DNA of 61,994 bases, filler included. It is 4 parts of 4 records of this genome, joined end to end, with 100 filler letters (N's around TTAATTAATTAA, not from the genome) between each part and the next. Parts side by side here need not be neighbours in the genome. Positions count along the whole stretch, not along the records: positions 1 to 30,750 come from DRR378314_1705; 3 more parts are not named here. The stretch is one strand, 5' to 3'. Position numbers and translations under genes: made by a program. The notes below the pieces were generated by a model. The model was not told the DNA's origin and searched no databases. It saw nothing but the letters and a program-made list of their open reading frames with translations. This document shows positions 10,827-20,258 of this stretch, piece after piece; the first letter of the stretch is position 1, and every line of letters starts with the position of its first letter.

Positions 10827-12488
10827 TTACACACGTTCCATATTGTAGGTGCCGCGAACACCTGTTCCGTACCGTTGCAATGCGCCGCCCTCACCCACCG
10901 CGTTCGGCCGGTTGAAGATCCAGTTCTGCCAGGCCGTCAGTCGGCCAAAAATCCGGGTTTCCATCGTTTCAGGGCCGGCAAAGCGTAAATTGGCTTCCAT
11001 GCCGGTCATCGCATCGGGGGAGAAGGAGGCCCGCTCTTCCATAAAGATGCGAATTTCATCTTCCCAATCGATATCATCAAGGATCATGGTCACCAGACCC
11101 AGCTCATCCGCAGCTTCCGCCTCCAGCGCTTCGCCTTTATGTTCTTCGGCCTTGACCAAAGCATCGGCATCCCCAAGAAAGCGGGTTTGCAAGCGGGTCA
11201 AATCATTGCCCATAGGAAAGGGGCCAAAGTTGGCATCGGTCAGGGTAACGGCTGCGATCGGGCGATTATCCCCTTCAAACTCGTCTTCCATCATGTAGCT
11301 GCGATCGACCGAGAACAGAAGTTCAGCCAAAATACCCGTGAAGCAGGAGCCATGTTCCACCAGCGCAATCAGGGACCGAGAAGTCACATCGACCCGTTTG
11401 AGAATCCGCTTCCAGTATTTCAGGGTTTCATTGGCCAGCCAGTGATCCGCGTTTTGCAAGAGCAGCGCTTCATGAGCCGCGAATTTTTCCGGATCGCCCT
11501 GGGTTCTGAACGCCAGAAGCCCAACTTCCATTTCGTTCAGGCGCAGATGCAGGATGGCATCATCTAGTTCACGCGCCAGTTTCAACATATAGGCCTGATC
11601 ACCCTCAGCCGTGAAGGCGGTCATATCTTTGGAGGCGTCTGTCTCTGGCCCATGCAGGGTGAGAGTGGCTTTACGCCCCTGACGATCAACCTGAACTTCC
11701 ACCAGTGAATAGGTCACCGATCCATCATCGGCAATTTTCCGATCCAGCGGACCCAGCTTAATGCCTTGCTTCACATCGGCCTTTTTAGCACTGGCCGCAA
11801 ATTCCTTGGCCCGCTCTTTTACCGCATCGTCAAATTTGGAATTGGCAACAACCTCGTCCACCAGATGCCAGTCGAGGGCTTTTTTACCCTTCACCCCTTC
11901 TTCGGTGGAGCAGAAAATATCCGCCCGGTCGCGGCGCACTTTGCGTTTATCCGTCACCCGGGTCAGACCCCCGGTGCCCGGCAGCACCGCCAGCAGCGGA
12001 ACCTCTGGCAGGGCAACGGAAGAGGTGCTGTCATCGGTCAGCATAATGTAATTGCAGGCCAGGGCCAGTTCATAGCCACCCCCTGCGCAGGCGCCTTTGA
12101 CCGCAGCAATATATTTCTGGCCACTGTCTTCTTCTGCCGCTTCAAAGGTATTGCGGGTTTCGTTGGTGAATTTACAGAAATTGACCTTGTGACTGTGGGC
12201 CGCGCCGCCCAACATGCGGATATTCGCCCCGGCGCAGAAGACATTTTCCTTGCCTGACTGCATGACGACCACTTTAACCTCTGGATGTTCGAACCGCATG
12301 CGCTGAACCACATCGGCCAGCTCAATATCAACACCCAGATCATAGGAGTTGAGTTTGAGTTCATACCCGTCGAACAGACCCGCCTTTTCATCCACGTCCA
12401 TGTAGAGATTGGCAACATCCCCATCATACTCCACTTTCCAGTGGTGGTATTTGGACGGATCGGTTTGAAAGTCGATCATTTTGGTCAT
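10827..12488 (-). CDS. boxC: 2,3-epoxybenzoyl-CoA dihydrolase
   Basis: 553 aa; LKLNSYDLGVDIEL, FCAGANIRML, KVNFCKFTNETR, RLTAWQNWIF. Confidence 0.95.
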   Translation of the reverse strand: MTKMIDFQTDPSKYHHWKVEYDGDVANLYMDVDEKAGLFDGYELKLNSYDLGVDIELADVVQRMRFEHPEVKVVVMQSGKENVFCAGANIRMLGGAAHSHKVNFCKFTNETRNTFEAAEEDSGQKYIAAVKGACAGGGYELALACNYIMLTDDSTSSVALPEVPLLAVLPGTGGLTRVTDKRKVRRDRADIFCSTEEGVKGKKALDWHLVDEVVANSKFDDAVKERAKEFAASAKKADVKQGIKLGPLDRKIADDGSVTYSLVEVQVDRQGRKATLTLHGPETDASKDMTAFTAEGDQAYMLKLARELDDAILHLRLNEMEVGLLAFRTQGDPEKFAAHEALLLQNADHWLANETLKYWKRILKRVDVTSRSLIALVEHGSCFTGILAELLFSVDRSYMMEDEFEGDNRPIAAVTLTDANFGPFPMGNDLTRLQTRFLGDADALVKAEEHKGEALEAEAADELGLVTMILDDIDWEDEIRIFMEERASFSPDAMTGMEANLRFAGPETMETRIFGRLTAWQNWIFNRPNAVGEGGALQRYGTGVRGTYNMERV

Positions 12489-12520
12489 CAGGTTTCTCCC
12501 TTACGAGTATCCTCGATATT

Positions 12521-12610
12521 TGCAATATAGTGCCAATAACTAATTTCGTAAAGGCATATATCGCAGAAATATGGTATTAATCAATAAGAAAATGCATTAT
12601 AATGCATTTT
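12521..12610. promoter_or_regulatory. Putative BoxR operators upstream of boxC
   Basis: Perfect 22-bp palindrome AAAATGCATTATAATGCATTTT (12589-12610) and TGCA-ATATAG-TGCC (12521-12534). Confidence 0.7.
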
Positions 12611-13049
12611 CTTCATTTTTTTGGCCCAATTTCAACATCAGGGCGTGAAACCGGGCTGTTTCCTCACGCGTCAACAGGCACGCGCCGCGCCGCTCAGCCT
12701 CTGTCCAGGCCTCCCTGGCCAGCGCTAAAATCCGCGTCACTGCCGCCGGACGGTCCATTTTCTGTTTCAATCCGGCATTCGCCAGTTGAATGAGAGCCTG
12801 CACCTGTCTTTTTTCGGCGGAATTGGGCGGGCAGTTGCCCCACACCATTTCCAGCAACTCATGGGATTCCCAGTAATAGCCATCTTCCAGCCATTGCAAT
12901 CCGGCGCGAAAACAATCGGAGGCAGCCAGTGCGGCGGGCGTTTCAACGGATCCTGACTTTATGCGAAACGGTGCAAAGACAGCCTCAACCGGGCGGTCAT
13001 TGCCCCCGGGGATATGTGCATGCGGCGGATTTGCAAATCGCCCGGTCAT
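12597..13049 (-). CDS. DUF309 domain protein
   Basis: GYYWESHELLEMVW...VQALIQLANA motif; start MTGRF at 13049 (ATGA overlap with upstream hydrolase stop). Confidence 0.8.
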   Translation of the reverse strand: MTGRFANPPHAHIPGGNDRPVEAVFAPFRIKSGSVETPAALAASDCFRAGLQWLEDGYYWESHELLEMVWGNCPPNSAEKRQVQALIQLANAGLKQKMDRPAAVTRILALAREAWTEAERRGACLLTREETARFHALMLKLGQKNEENAL

Positions 13050-13873
13050 GTGATCCTTTCGGCCTGCAGCGCGGCGTCCAGTTTCAGTGTCGTTACAAAC
13101 GCCGTAATGCCTGCCAGTGTTTCCGCAGGTTTTTCCAGATGGGGCGCATGGCCACAATTGGGGAGCTTTAAAAGCGTGACCTCACTGCTCACACGATTTT
13201 CAATTTCTGCCAGTTGGGCCATGGTGCCATACTGATCGTCATATCCCTGAATGGCCAGAATCGGGGCGGTTATATCGTCCAGATAAGCCGCCACGTTCCA
13301 GGCTTTGAAGTCCGGGTGCAGCCAGCTGTCATTCCAGCCCCGAAAGGCCACCTCCGGATTGGCGTGATATTTCCCCAGCTTGGCCTTCAGGTCTGTTGTC
13401 TCGAAGCTTGTTTTGGCATCGGCAATGGCGTCAAGCCCGGCCGCTTCGGTGAAAAAATGCGGGGCCAGAAGAATAACGCCTTTGATCCGCTCATCGATAT
13501 GAGCGCCCGCATAAATGGCCGAAATGCTGGCCCCATCCGAATGACCCAGTAACACCACATCCCGGGCGCCGATCTGATCCAGAAGCGGCGCAAGCCCGTC
13601 CATGGCCTCCCGCGTCATATAATCCAGCGGGCGCGGTAACGCCACCGGATCCGACTGGCCATAGCCGGCGCGGGAATAAGACAACACACCCCACCCTGTT
13701 GCAGCGCTGAGCTTTTCTTCAAATCCCCGCCACAGCGCAGCGCATCCGAGACCTTCGTGCAACAGCAGGAAAACCGGACCCTCAGTCGGGCCTGGACCCA
13801 CCGCGCGATACTCCAGGCGAGCGCCGTTCACCTCCAGAAAGTGTTGCGGTTTTGCAGACCAGTCCAGAGGCAT
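13046..13873 (-). CDS. Alpha/beta hydrolase (box cluster-associated)
   Basis: LLHEGLG, GHSDGAS nucleophile elbow, DQYG, CGHAPH. Confidence 0.88.
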   Translation of the reverse strand: MPLDWSAKPQHFLEVNGARLEYRAVGPGPTEGPVFLLLHEGLGCAALWRGFEEKLSAATGWGVLSYSRAGYGQSDPVALPRPLDYMTREAMDGLAPLLDQIGARDVVLLGHSDGASISAIYAGAHIDERIKGVILLAPHFFTEAAGLDAIADAKTSFETTDLKAKLGKYHANPEVAFRGWNDSWLHPDFKAWNVAAYLDDITAPILAIQGYDDQYGTMAQLAEIENRVSSEVTLLKLPNCGHAPHLEKPAETLAGITAFVTTLKLDAALQAERIT

Positions 13874-13876
13874 TCC

Positions 13877-15415
13877 TCAAGCACCCTCGCGCAGTTTAAA
13901 GCGCTGAATTTTACCGGTTGCGGTTTTGGGCAGGTCATCGATGATTTCAATCCAGCGCGGATATTTCCATTTGCCGATCTTTTCTTTCACCACGGTTTTG
14001 AGCTCCTCCGCCAAGGTCGGGGTACCCGCCCCCTTGAGCACCACATAGGCTTTGGGTTTTTCAAGCCCTTCGTCATCCTGCCAGGGGACAACCGCCGCCT
14101 CCAGAACCAGCGGATGTTCAATCAACGCCTGTTCGACCTCGAAGGGGGATACCCAGATACCGGAGACTTTGAACATGTCATCGGTCCGCCCACAATAGAT
14201 ATAGCGCCCTTCCGCCGTTTTTTCATATTTATCGCCGGTCCGCGTCCAGTGGCCCTGAAACGTGGACTGGGATTTATCCCGCCGGTTCCAGTATCCCTCA
14301 GCCGAGGAAGGACCGGAGACCAGCAATTCCCCGACCTCGCCAACGCCCACTTCCTCATCCGCTTCATCGACCAGCCGCACCTCATAGCCCGGGACCGCAC
14401 GCCCCGATGTGCCATAGGCAATATCGCCCGGACTGTTGGAGAGGAAGATATGCAGCATTTCGGTGGAGCCAACCCCATCAATGATATCCACCCCCCACTG
14501 AGCTTTCCATTTCTCCCCAATTTCGCGGGGCAGGGCTTCGCCGGCGGAAATACACATGCGAAGGGCGTCGTGGTTGGCCGTCCCGCTGGTCTCCGCGGCG
14601 GCCACCATGGCCGCATAAAGGGTGGGAACACCGCAGAAAATACTTGGATTTTCGGCATTGAAAATATCAAAAACCGCCTGCGGTGTCGGCCGTCCGGCGA
14701 AAATCACGGTTGTCGCGCCCACCGCCATGGGAAAGGACAGCGCATTGCCCATCCCATAAGCAAAAAACATTTTGGCGGCGGAATAAACCACATCTTCTTG
14801 CTGAATACCCATCACCTGGGATCCAAATGTATCAACGGTCGCCTTCAGGCTGGAATGCACATGACGCACCCCTTTTGGCTGCCCGGTGGAACCGGATGAA
14901 TAGAGCCAGAACGCCATTTCATCTGCGGACGTCTCGGCAACCGGCGCAGGCTCCGCCCCTTTGACAAACTCAGTAAAAGAAACCGTACCCTCTGGCGCTG
15001 TTCCGATGACGATCACATGACGCAGGGAGGGGATCGCTTTCAGTATCGGTTCGGCCAGATCCCATAACGCTTCTGACACCACAAGGGCAGAGGCACGGGC
15101 ATCTTTGAGGATGGTTTCATAAACGGCAGAAGACAGCAGCGTATTCAAAGGAACAGGAACCGCCCCTTCTTTCATTGCGCCCCAGAAAATCACCGGAAAT
15201 TCGATCTGATCATGAACCATCATGACGACCCGTTCTTCGCGGCGGATACCGGCCCGCTTCAGCGCCCCGGCGAAACGGCTGCTCTGATCAGCAAGTGCGC
15301 CATAGGTGAGGGTCCGCTTTGCCCCGTCCGCCTCGCGAAAGGCAACCTTGTCAGCACGACCTTCGCTAAGATGCCGGTCCACAAAATAAAGGGCCGCGTT
15401 CTGGGATTGTGACAT
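13877..15415 (-). CDS. bclA: Benzoate-CoA ligase
   Basis: WLYSSGSTGQPKG, FAYGMGN, DGVGSTEMLHIFLSN, KTATGKIQRFKLR; box context. Confidence 0.9.
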   Translation of the reverse strand: MSQSQNAALYFVDRHLSEGRADKVAFREADGAKRTLTYGALADQSSRFAGALKRAGIRREERVVMMVHDQIEFPVIFWGAMKEGAVPVPLNTLLSSAVYETILKDARASALVVSEALWDLAEPILKAIPSLRHVIVIGTAPEGTVSFTEFVKGAEPAPVAETSADEMAFWLYSSGSTGQPKGVRHVHSSLKATVDTFGSQVMGIQQEDVVYSAAKMFFAYGMGNALSFPMAVGATTVIFAGRPTPQAVFDIFNAENPSIFCGVPTLYAAMVAAAETSGTANHDALRMCISAGEALPREIGEKWKAQWGVDIIDGVGSTEMLHIFLSNSPGDIAYGTSGRAVPGYEVRLVDEADEEVGVGEVGELLVSGPSSAEGYWNRRDKSQSTFQGHWTRTGDKYEKTAEGRYIYCGRTDDMFKVSGIWVSPFEVEQALIEHPLVLEAAVVPWQDDEGLEKPKAYVVLKGAGTPTLAEELKTVVKEKIGKWKYPRWIEIIDDLPKTATGKIQRFKLREGA

Positions 15416-15549
15416 ACTTCCTCCTCCTTGAGCTCATCACACACAGCCGAGACAGGTCAGTCTTGATTTTTATCTTTGACCACTCGGAAACAGGAGAAGG
15501 GTGTTTGATCACCTTGGCTTTACCAGCCTCTTAAACTCCTCCCCACATA

Positions 15550-15614
15550 TGCTTTATAATGCATAATGCGAAACGCACACAACAAAATAACACGGTATTA
15601 TGCAATTTTTTGCA
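15550..15614. promoter_or_regulatory. Putative BoxR operators upstream of benzoate-CoA ligase
   Basis: TGCT-TTATAA-TGCA (15550-15563) and TGCA-ATTTTT-TGCA (15601-15614). Confidence 0.65.
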
Positions 15615-15664
15615 TTAATTAACCCGCCAAGTCCATAGCGTCCCCGATCGGGCCTGCACCGGGA

Positions 15665-16981
15665 TTACCCGGGCAGCAGGAACAGGGTAATGGCCGGGAA
15701 AGCCACAAGAATAACCACCCGGATCAAATCGGATGCGACGAAGTAGCCAACTGCTTTATAGGTCTCAACCAATGGAGTGGTTTTCTCCATCGTATTGATA
15801 ATAAAGAGGTTCATCCCGACCGGCGGGGTGATCAGTCCAACCTCCACCACGATCAGCACCAGAATACCGAACCAGATCGCCAGATGCTCAGGGCTCATAC
15901 CGAAATCCAGAACACTGATCACCGGGAAGAAAATCGGAATGGTCAGCAGAATCATCGACAGGCTGTCCATCAGACACCCAAACACAAGATAAAACAGCAG
16001 AATCAGGCAGAGGATCATCCACGGGCTGAACCCCTGGCTGACCACATAATTGGACAGCTCCTGCGGCACCTGGGTGAGGGCCAGAAAGCCGTTATAAAAG
16101 GCAGCGCCCAGAATGATAAAGAAGACCATGGCCGTGGATTTGGCGGTCACCAGAAAGCTTTCCTTCAAGGTTGCCCAGTTGAGCCCGCCGTTCAGATAGG
16201 CAATCAGGCCGGTTCCAAATGCGCCGACCGCAGCACCTTCTGTTGGCGTAAACCAGCCGAGGTAAATCCCGCCAACCACCAGACCAAAGACCAACAAAAC
16301 GGGCCACACATCGCGAAGCGCCCGAAAACGCTCTGCGTAGGGAATAGCCGGACGGGTGCCTGCCGATCCCGGATTAAGCCGGACATATATGGAAATGGCG
16401 ATCACATACCCCAGCGCCGCAAGCAGCCCCGGTATAAAGGCCGCCAGAAACAGCTTGGCGATATTCTGCTCCGTCAGGATGGCGTAAATCACCAGCACGA
16501 CCGAAGGCGGAATTAGAATGCCAAGGGTGCCGCCGGCCGCCAGTGTTGCTGTTGAAAAGCCACCGGCATAACCATATTGCTTCAATTCAGGTAACGCCAC
16601 CCGGCCCATGGTTGCCGCTGTCGCCAGAGAGCTGCCGCAAATCGCGCCAAACCCGGCGCAGGCGCCAATGGCCGCCATGGCAACCCCGCCCTTGCGATGC
16701 CCAACAAACCCTTCGGCCGCCTTGAACAAGGCCGAGCTCATACCGCCAAGGGTGGCGAAATGCCCCATCAGCAGGAACATGGGCACAATGGTCAGGGAAT
16801 AAGAAGAAAAGGTGGTGTAGGTTTCGCTTTTCAAGCGGGCCAAGGCAACTGTTGTGCCATCCGTGACAAAATAAAGCCCGACCAGCCCGACAACGAACAT
16901 GGCCAGCCCGATCGGAACCCTGAGAAAAATCATCAACATCAGCGCCGGAAAAGACGCAATCCCTATCTCAAGACCACTCAT
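15665..16981 (-). CDS. dctM: TRAP transporter large permease
   Basis: 438 aa hydrophobic; GGTLGILIPPS, GLITPPVGMNLF. Confidence 0.93.
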   Translation of the reverse strand: MSGLEIGIASFPALMLMIFLRVPIGLAMFVVGLVGLYFVTDGTTVALARLKSETYTTFSSYSLTIVPMFLLMGHFATLGGMSSALFKAAEGFVGHRKGGVAMAAIGACAGFGAICGSSLATAATMGRVALPELKQYGYAGGFSTATLAAGGTLGILIPPSVVLVIYAILTEQNIAKLFLAAFIPGLLAALGYVIAISIYVRLNPGSAGTRPAIPYAERFRALRDVWPVLLVFGLVVGGIYLGWFTPTEGAAVGAFGTGLIAYLNGGLNWATLKESFLVTAKSTAMVFFIILGAAFYNGFLALTQVPQELSNYVVSQGFSPWMILCLILLFYLVFGCLMDSLSMILLTIPIFFPVISVLDFGMSPEHLAIWFGILVLIVVEVGLITPPVGMNLFIINTMEKTTPLVETYKAVGYFVASDLIRVVILVAFPAITLFLLPG

Positions 16982-17562
16982 AACTCGGACTCCACCGGAT
17001 CGACCAACTCTTCCCGGTTCGTGATAAATTCAACAAATCGCACATAGGCGACATACACACCCACAATTGCAGACGCGACCGCGCCTGTAAAACTGGCAAG
17101 ATAGGCCCACCAGATGGGAAATTGCAGCAGGAAGGTGGTTTCCCCGTAGCGCTGCTTGGACATCATGCCATCAAACAGACGCCAAGCGATCAGGATCAGC
17201 ACCGCAGCGAATAGCAGCTCGATCATCGCTTGCAAAAAGCGGTTGGCCCGTTCCGGCAATTGATTGGTAAAAAGATCAACTACAGCATGACCGGCTGTGA
17301 GTTGACAGATCGGAATAAAGGCGAAAATGGCGAAAGCAACCCCGGCCTCCACCAGTTCAAAATCCCCATTGATCGGACCAATTCCAACATCGATTAACCA
17401 ATTGGACAGATCCGGCATCAGCGACTGCATGAAATCGCTATGCAGACCGCCGTTCATCAATCGTCCCAGAATGGATAAGCAGGTCAAGAAAACCAGAAAA
17501 GACAGAACCAGTCCGCCCAGGTAGGCCATAAAGCGGGCAAAGGCCATCATGAAACTTTTCAT
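16978..17562 (-). CDS. dctQ: TRAP transporter small permease
   Basis: About 4 TM segments; GHAVVDLF, GETT..LQFP.W. Confidence 0.9.
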   Translation of the reverse strand: MKSFMMAFARFMAYLGGLVLSFLVFLTCLSILGRLMNGGLHSDFMQSLMPDLSNWLIDVGIGPINGDFELVEAGVAFAIFAFIPICQLTAGHAVVDLFTNQLPERANRFLQAMIELLFAAVLILIAWRLFDGMMSKQRYGETTFLLQFPIWWAYLASFTGAVASAIVGVYVAYVRFVEFITNREELVDPVESEL

Positions 17563-17641
17563 GAACTTAACGTCCTGTGTACTTCATAAAATGCAAAAGG
17601 CCGCGGTCTTGGAAGGCCGCGGCCTGTCAAAGCAGGTCAGA

Positions 17642-18688
17642 TTATTTTGAGTATTTCTGGATCAGCATTTTCGCTTCTTCCAACAGGGCTTCACCGTCTT
17701 TGCCTCTGGAATTCATATCCTCAACCCATTTGTCATAAACAGGCTGGGACAATTTGCGCCACTCTTCAGTTGCAGCGGCGTCCAGGGTGACAATATTGTT
17801 GTTAAGATCAACTGCTTTCTGGCGGGCAGGACCGTCGGCATCTGCCTGAGTTCCACCAGCAAAGACCGAGAATTCTTCACCTGAGTTATCATCAATCACT
17901 TTTTTCAGATCATCTGGCAGGCTTTCATATTTATCTTTGTTCATCGCCAGAACAAAAGTCAGCGTATAAAGCGCTGAGCCAGAGAATTCCGTGTGATTTT
18001 TGACAAGTTCAGGAACTTTCAACGCAGCCGTTACTTCCCAAGGAATGGTCGTTCCATCAATCACGCCTTTTGACAACCCCTCTGGAACCGCCGGAACCGG
18101 CATTCCAACAGGTGTGGCGCCCAGTTCGGTCAACAGGAAGTTGACTGAACGTGATCCCCCGCGGATTTTCATCCCCTGCAGGTCACCAGGATTATTGACA
18201 GGGTCTTTTGTATGAATAACACCAGGTCCGTGAACCCAGGTTGCCAGGATGTGCACATCCTTGAATTCATCATCCTTCATATGTTTTTCAAACATCTGCC
18301 AATAGGCGCGGCTTGCTGCACGGGCATTTGTCATCATGAACGGAAGTTCAAAAACTTCTGTTGTTGGAAAACGGCCAGGTGTGTAGCCGACAACAGTCCA
18401 GACAATATCCGCGACACCATCGATGGCCTGATCCATCAATTCAGGTGGCTTGCCGCCCAGTTGCATGGACGGGAATTGACGAACCTTGATCCGACCGTCT
18501 GAGTCTTTTTCAACTTTTTTCGCCCAAACATCCAATACCAGTTTTGGCACATTGGCCTGCGCTGGCAGAAATTGGTGCATTTTCAAAGTCACGTCTGCCG
18601 CAACAGCAGAGCCCGCCAGCACACCAGCGGTTAAAACAGATGCAATCGTTCCACCGACAACACCCATAAGGGTTCTACGTTTGATCAT
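17642..18688 (-). CDS. dctP: TRAP transporter substrate-binding protein (probably aromatic acid)
   Basis: Signal peptide; FPSMQLGG, YTPGRFP, DLQGMKIR; start MIKRR at 18688 with GGAGG SD. Confidence 0.92.
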   Translation of the reverse strand: MIKRRTLMGVVGGTIASVLTAGVLAGSAVAADVTLKMHQFLPAQANVPKLVLDVWAKKVEKDSDGRIKVRQFPSMQLGGKPPELMDQAIDGVADIVWTVVGYTPGRFPTTEVFELPFMMTNARAASRAYWQMFEKHMKDDEFKDVHILATWVHGPGVIHTKDPVNNPGDLQGMKIRGGSRSVNFLLTELGATPVGMPVPAVPEGLSKGVIDGTTIPWEVTAALKVPELVKNHTEFSGSALYTLTFVLAMNKDKYESLPDDLKKVIDDNSGEEFSVFAGGTQADADGPARQKAVDLNNNIVTLDAAATEEWRKLSQPVYDKWVEDMNSRGKDGEALLEEAKMLIQKYSK

Positions 18689-18713
18689 TGATACCTCCCA
18701 CAGATCATTTTTT

Positions 18714-18757
18714 TGCATTATTATGCTCATTATTGCCATATACTGCACAATAATGCC
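18714..18757. promoter_or_regulatory. Five helically phased TGCN half-sites (putative extended BoxR operator) upstream of dctP
   Basis: TGCA 18714, TGCT 18724, TGCC 18734, TGCA 18744, TGCC 18754; exact 10-bp period with AT-rich spacers. Confidence 0.65.
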
Positions 18758-19159
18758 AGCCTTATTTCGCATCTCCCTCAATTGGAGAAAGCTCAATTAG
18801 TCATTGTCCGAAAAGTTTACATAAATCAGAACCGATGTCCGCAAAGAAGTGAAAAAAAATGAGAAATTTCGACGGAAATCCAAAAATTGACCGTATATGT
18901 CTTATAAGACATCTTAAAACACAGCTTGCCGTCGGTCTTGCTGTCGGTTTGTCAAGAATCCGTCATATAAATCTTCGTAGCAAAAAGGCGGAAAAAGGCG
19001 TATGTTCAGTAGCTTGAGAAGCGGGACACAGAATTTGCAAAAACCAAAGGCAATCCCCCTCTGCGCTCAAAAAGAGGCGGTGGCTGGTGTCACGCCAAAC
19101 CAAATGTCAGTAATCCCGGAATGCAATGGGCAGTTTAACTTCAACTGGAATTTGACGAA

Positions 19160-20257
19160 ATGAAGGGTTCAGGCTCGAAATTATTGGGAATAGCACTGGT
19201 CCTGCTGGTTGGCGGCGGTGTTTTCGTCATTGGCAAGAACGAAGGCTGGATCCCCAGCTTTTCCAAAACCGAAGCCCGTCTTGAAAAACCCGGCAAGGCA
19301 AAAATAGACTTTCGGGTTCCAGTGATCACGACCCAGGCGCGCAGCAAGGCGGACAATATTGTTATCCAGTCCATCGGAACGGCGCGAGCCGCGAAATCCG
19401 TCACCCTGTACACAGAAGCCAGCGGCGAGATTACAAGCCTTGATGTCACTGCCGGGCAGAAAGTGTCAAAGGGGAATGTGATCCTGCGGCTGGACAACCG
19501 CAACGCCCGCCTGAATGTGGAACTGGCCCGCACCCATGTCAATGATGCCAAAATTGAGCTGGATCGGATGCAAACCCTGAAGGATGCGAATATCCGGGCC
19601 GGCTCCAATCTTGAAAATGCGCGGATCGCCTATCGGCGCGCGGAACTGGAACTCTCACAAGCTCAGGTCGCGCTCGCTGATCGGATTTTGAAGGCCCCGT
19701 TCGACGGAATTGTCGGCATCCCCTTTGTCGAGGCAGGTGATCGGGTTTCCACCGATACGCAGATTGTCACCCTTGATGATCGCAGCCGCCTTGAGGTGGA
19801 GTTTGAAATTGCCGAGCGGTATTTCCCCCGGCTTTATGACCAGATGCCCATTTTCGGCCAGACCCCCAGCTTTCCAGATACACTCATTTCCGGTCAAATC
19901 ACGGAAATCGACAGCCGTATTGATCCGGTAGCCCGCACTGTTCGGATCCGTGCGGCCTTTGACAATCCCGAAGATCTTTTACGTCCGGGCATGTCCCTTG
20001 GAGTCATCTTGCATCTGGATGGTCCAAAAATGTCGGCTGTTCCAGAGATTTCTGTCCAATGGCGGGACGGTATAAGTTATGTCTGGCGGATCACTGATGG
20101 CGTCGCCGAACGGGTCGATGTTCAGACCCGCCGCCGCCTTAACCAAACGGTTTTGGTAGAAGGTGCGCTGACCCCCGGCGACCTGATCGTGGTAGAAGGG
20201 GTGCAGCGTCTGCGGGCGGGCACAGCAGTTCAACAGGTCGATAGTCCGGGTAGCTGA
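19160..20257 (+). CDS. RND efflux periplasmic adaptor (MFP)
   Basis: N-terminal TM, lipoyl/hairpin region, APFDGIVG, IDSRID...RT, LRPGM. Confidence 0.92.
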   Translation: MKGSGSKLLGIALVLLVGGGVFVIGKNEGWIPSFSKTEARLEKPGKAKIDFRVPVITTQARSKADNIVIQSIGTARAAKSVTLYTEASGEITSLDVTAGQKVSKGNVILRLDNRNARLNVELARTHVNDAKIELDRMQTLKDANIRAGSNLENARIAYRRAELELSQAQVALADRILKAPFDGIVGIPFVEAGDRVSTDTQIVTLDDRSRLEVEFEIAERYFPRLYDQMPIFGQTPSFPDTLISGQITEIDSRIDPVARTVRIRAAFDNPEDLLRPGMSLGVILHLDGPKMSAVPEISVQWRDGISYVWRITDGVAERVDVQTRRRLNQTVLVEGALTPGDLIVVEGVQRLRAGTAVQQVDSPGS

Positions 20258-20258
20258 C

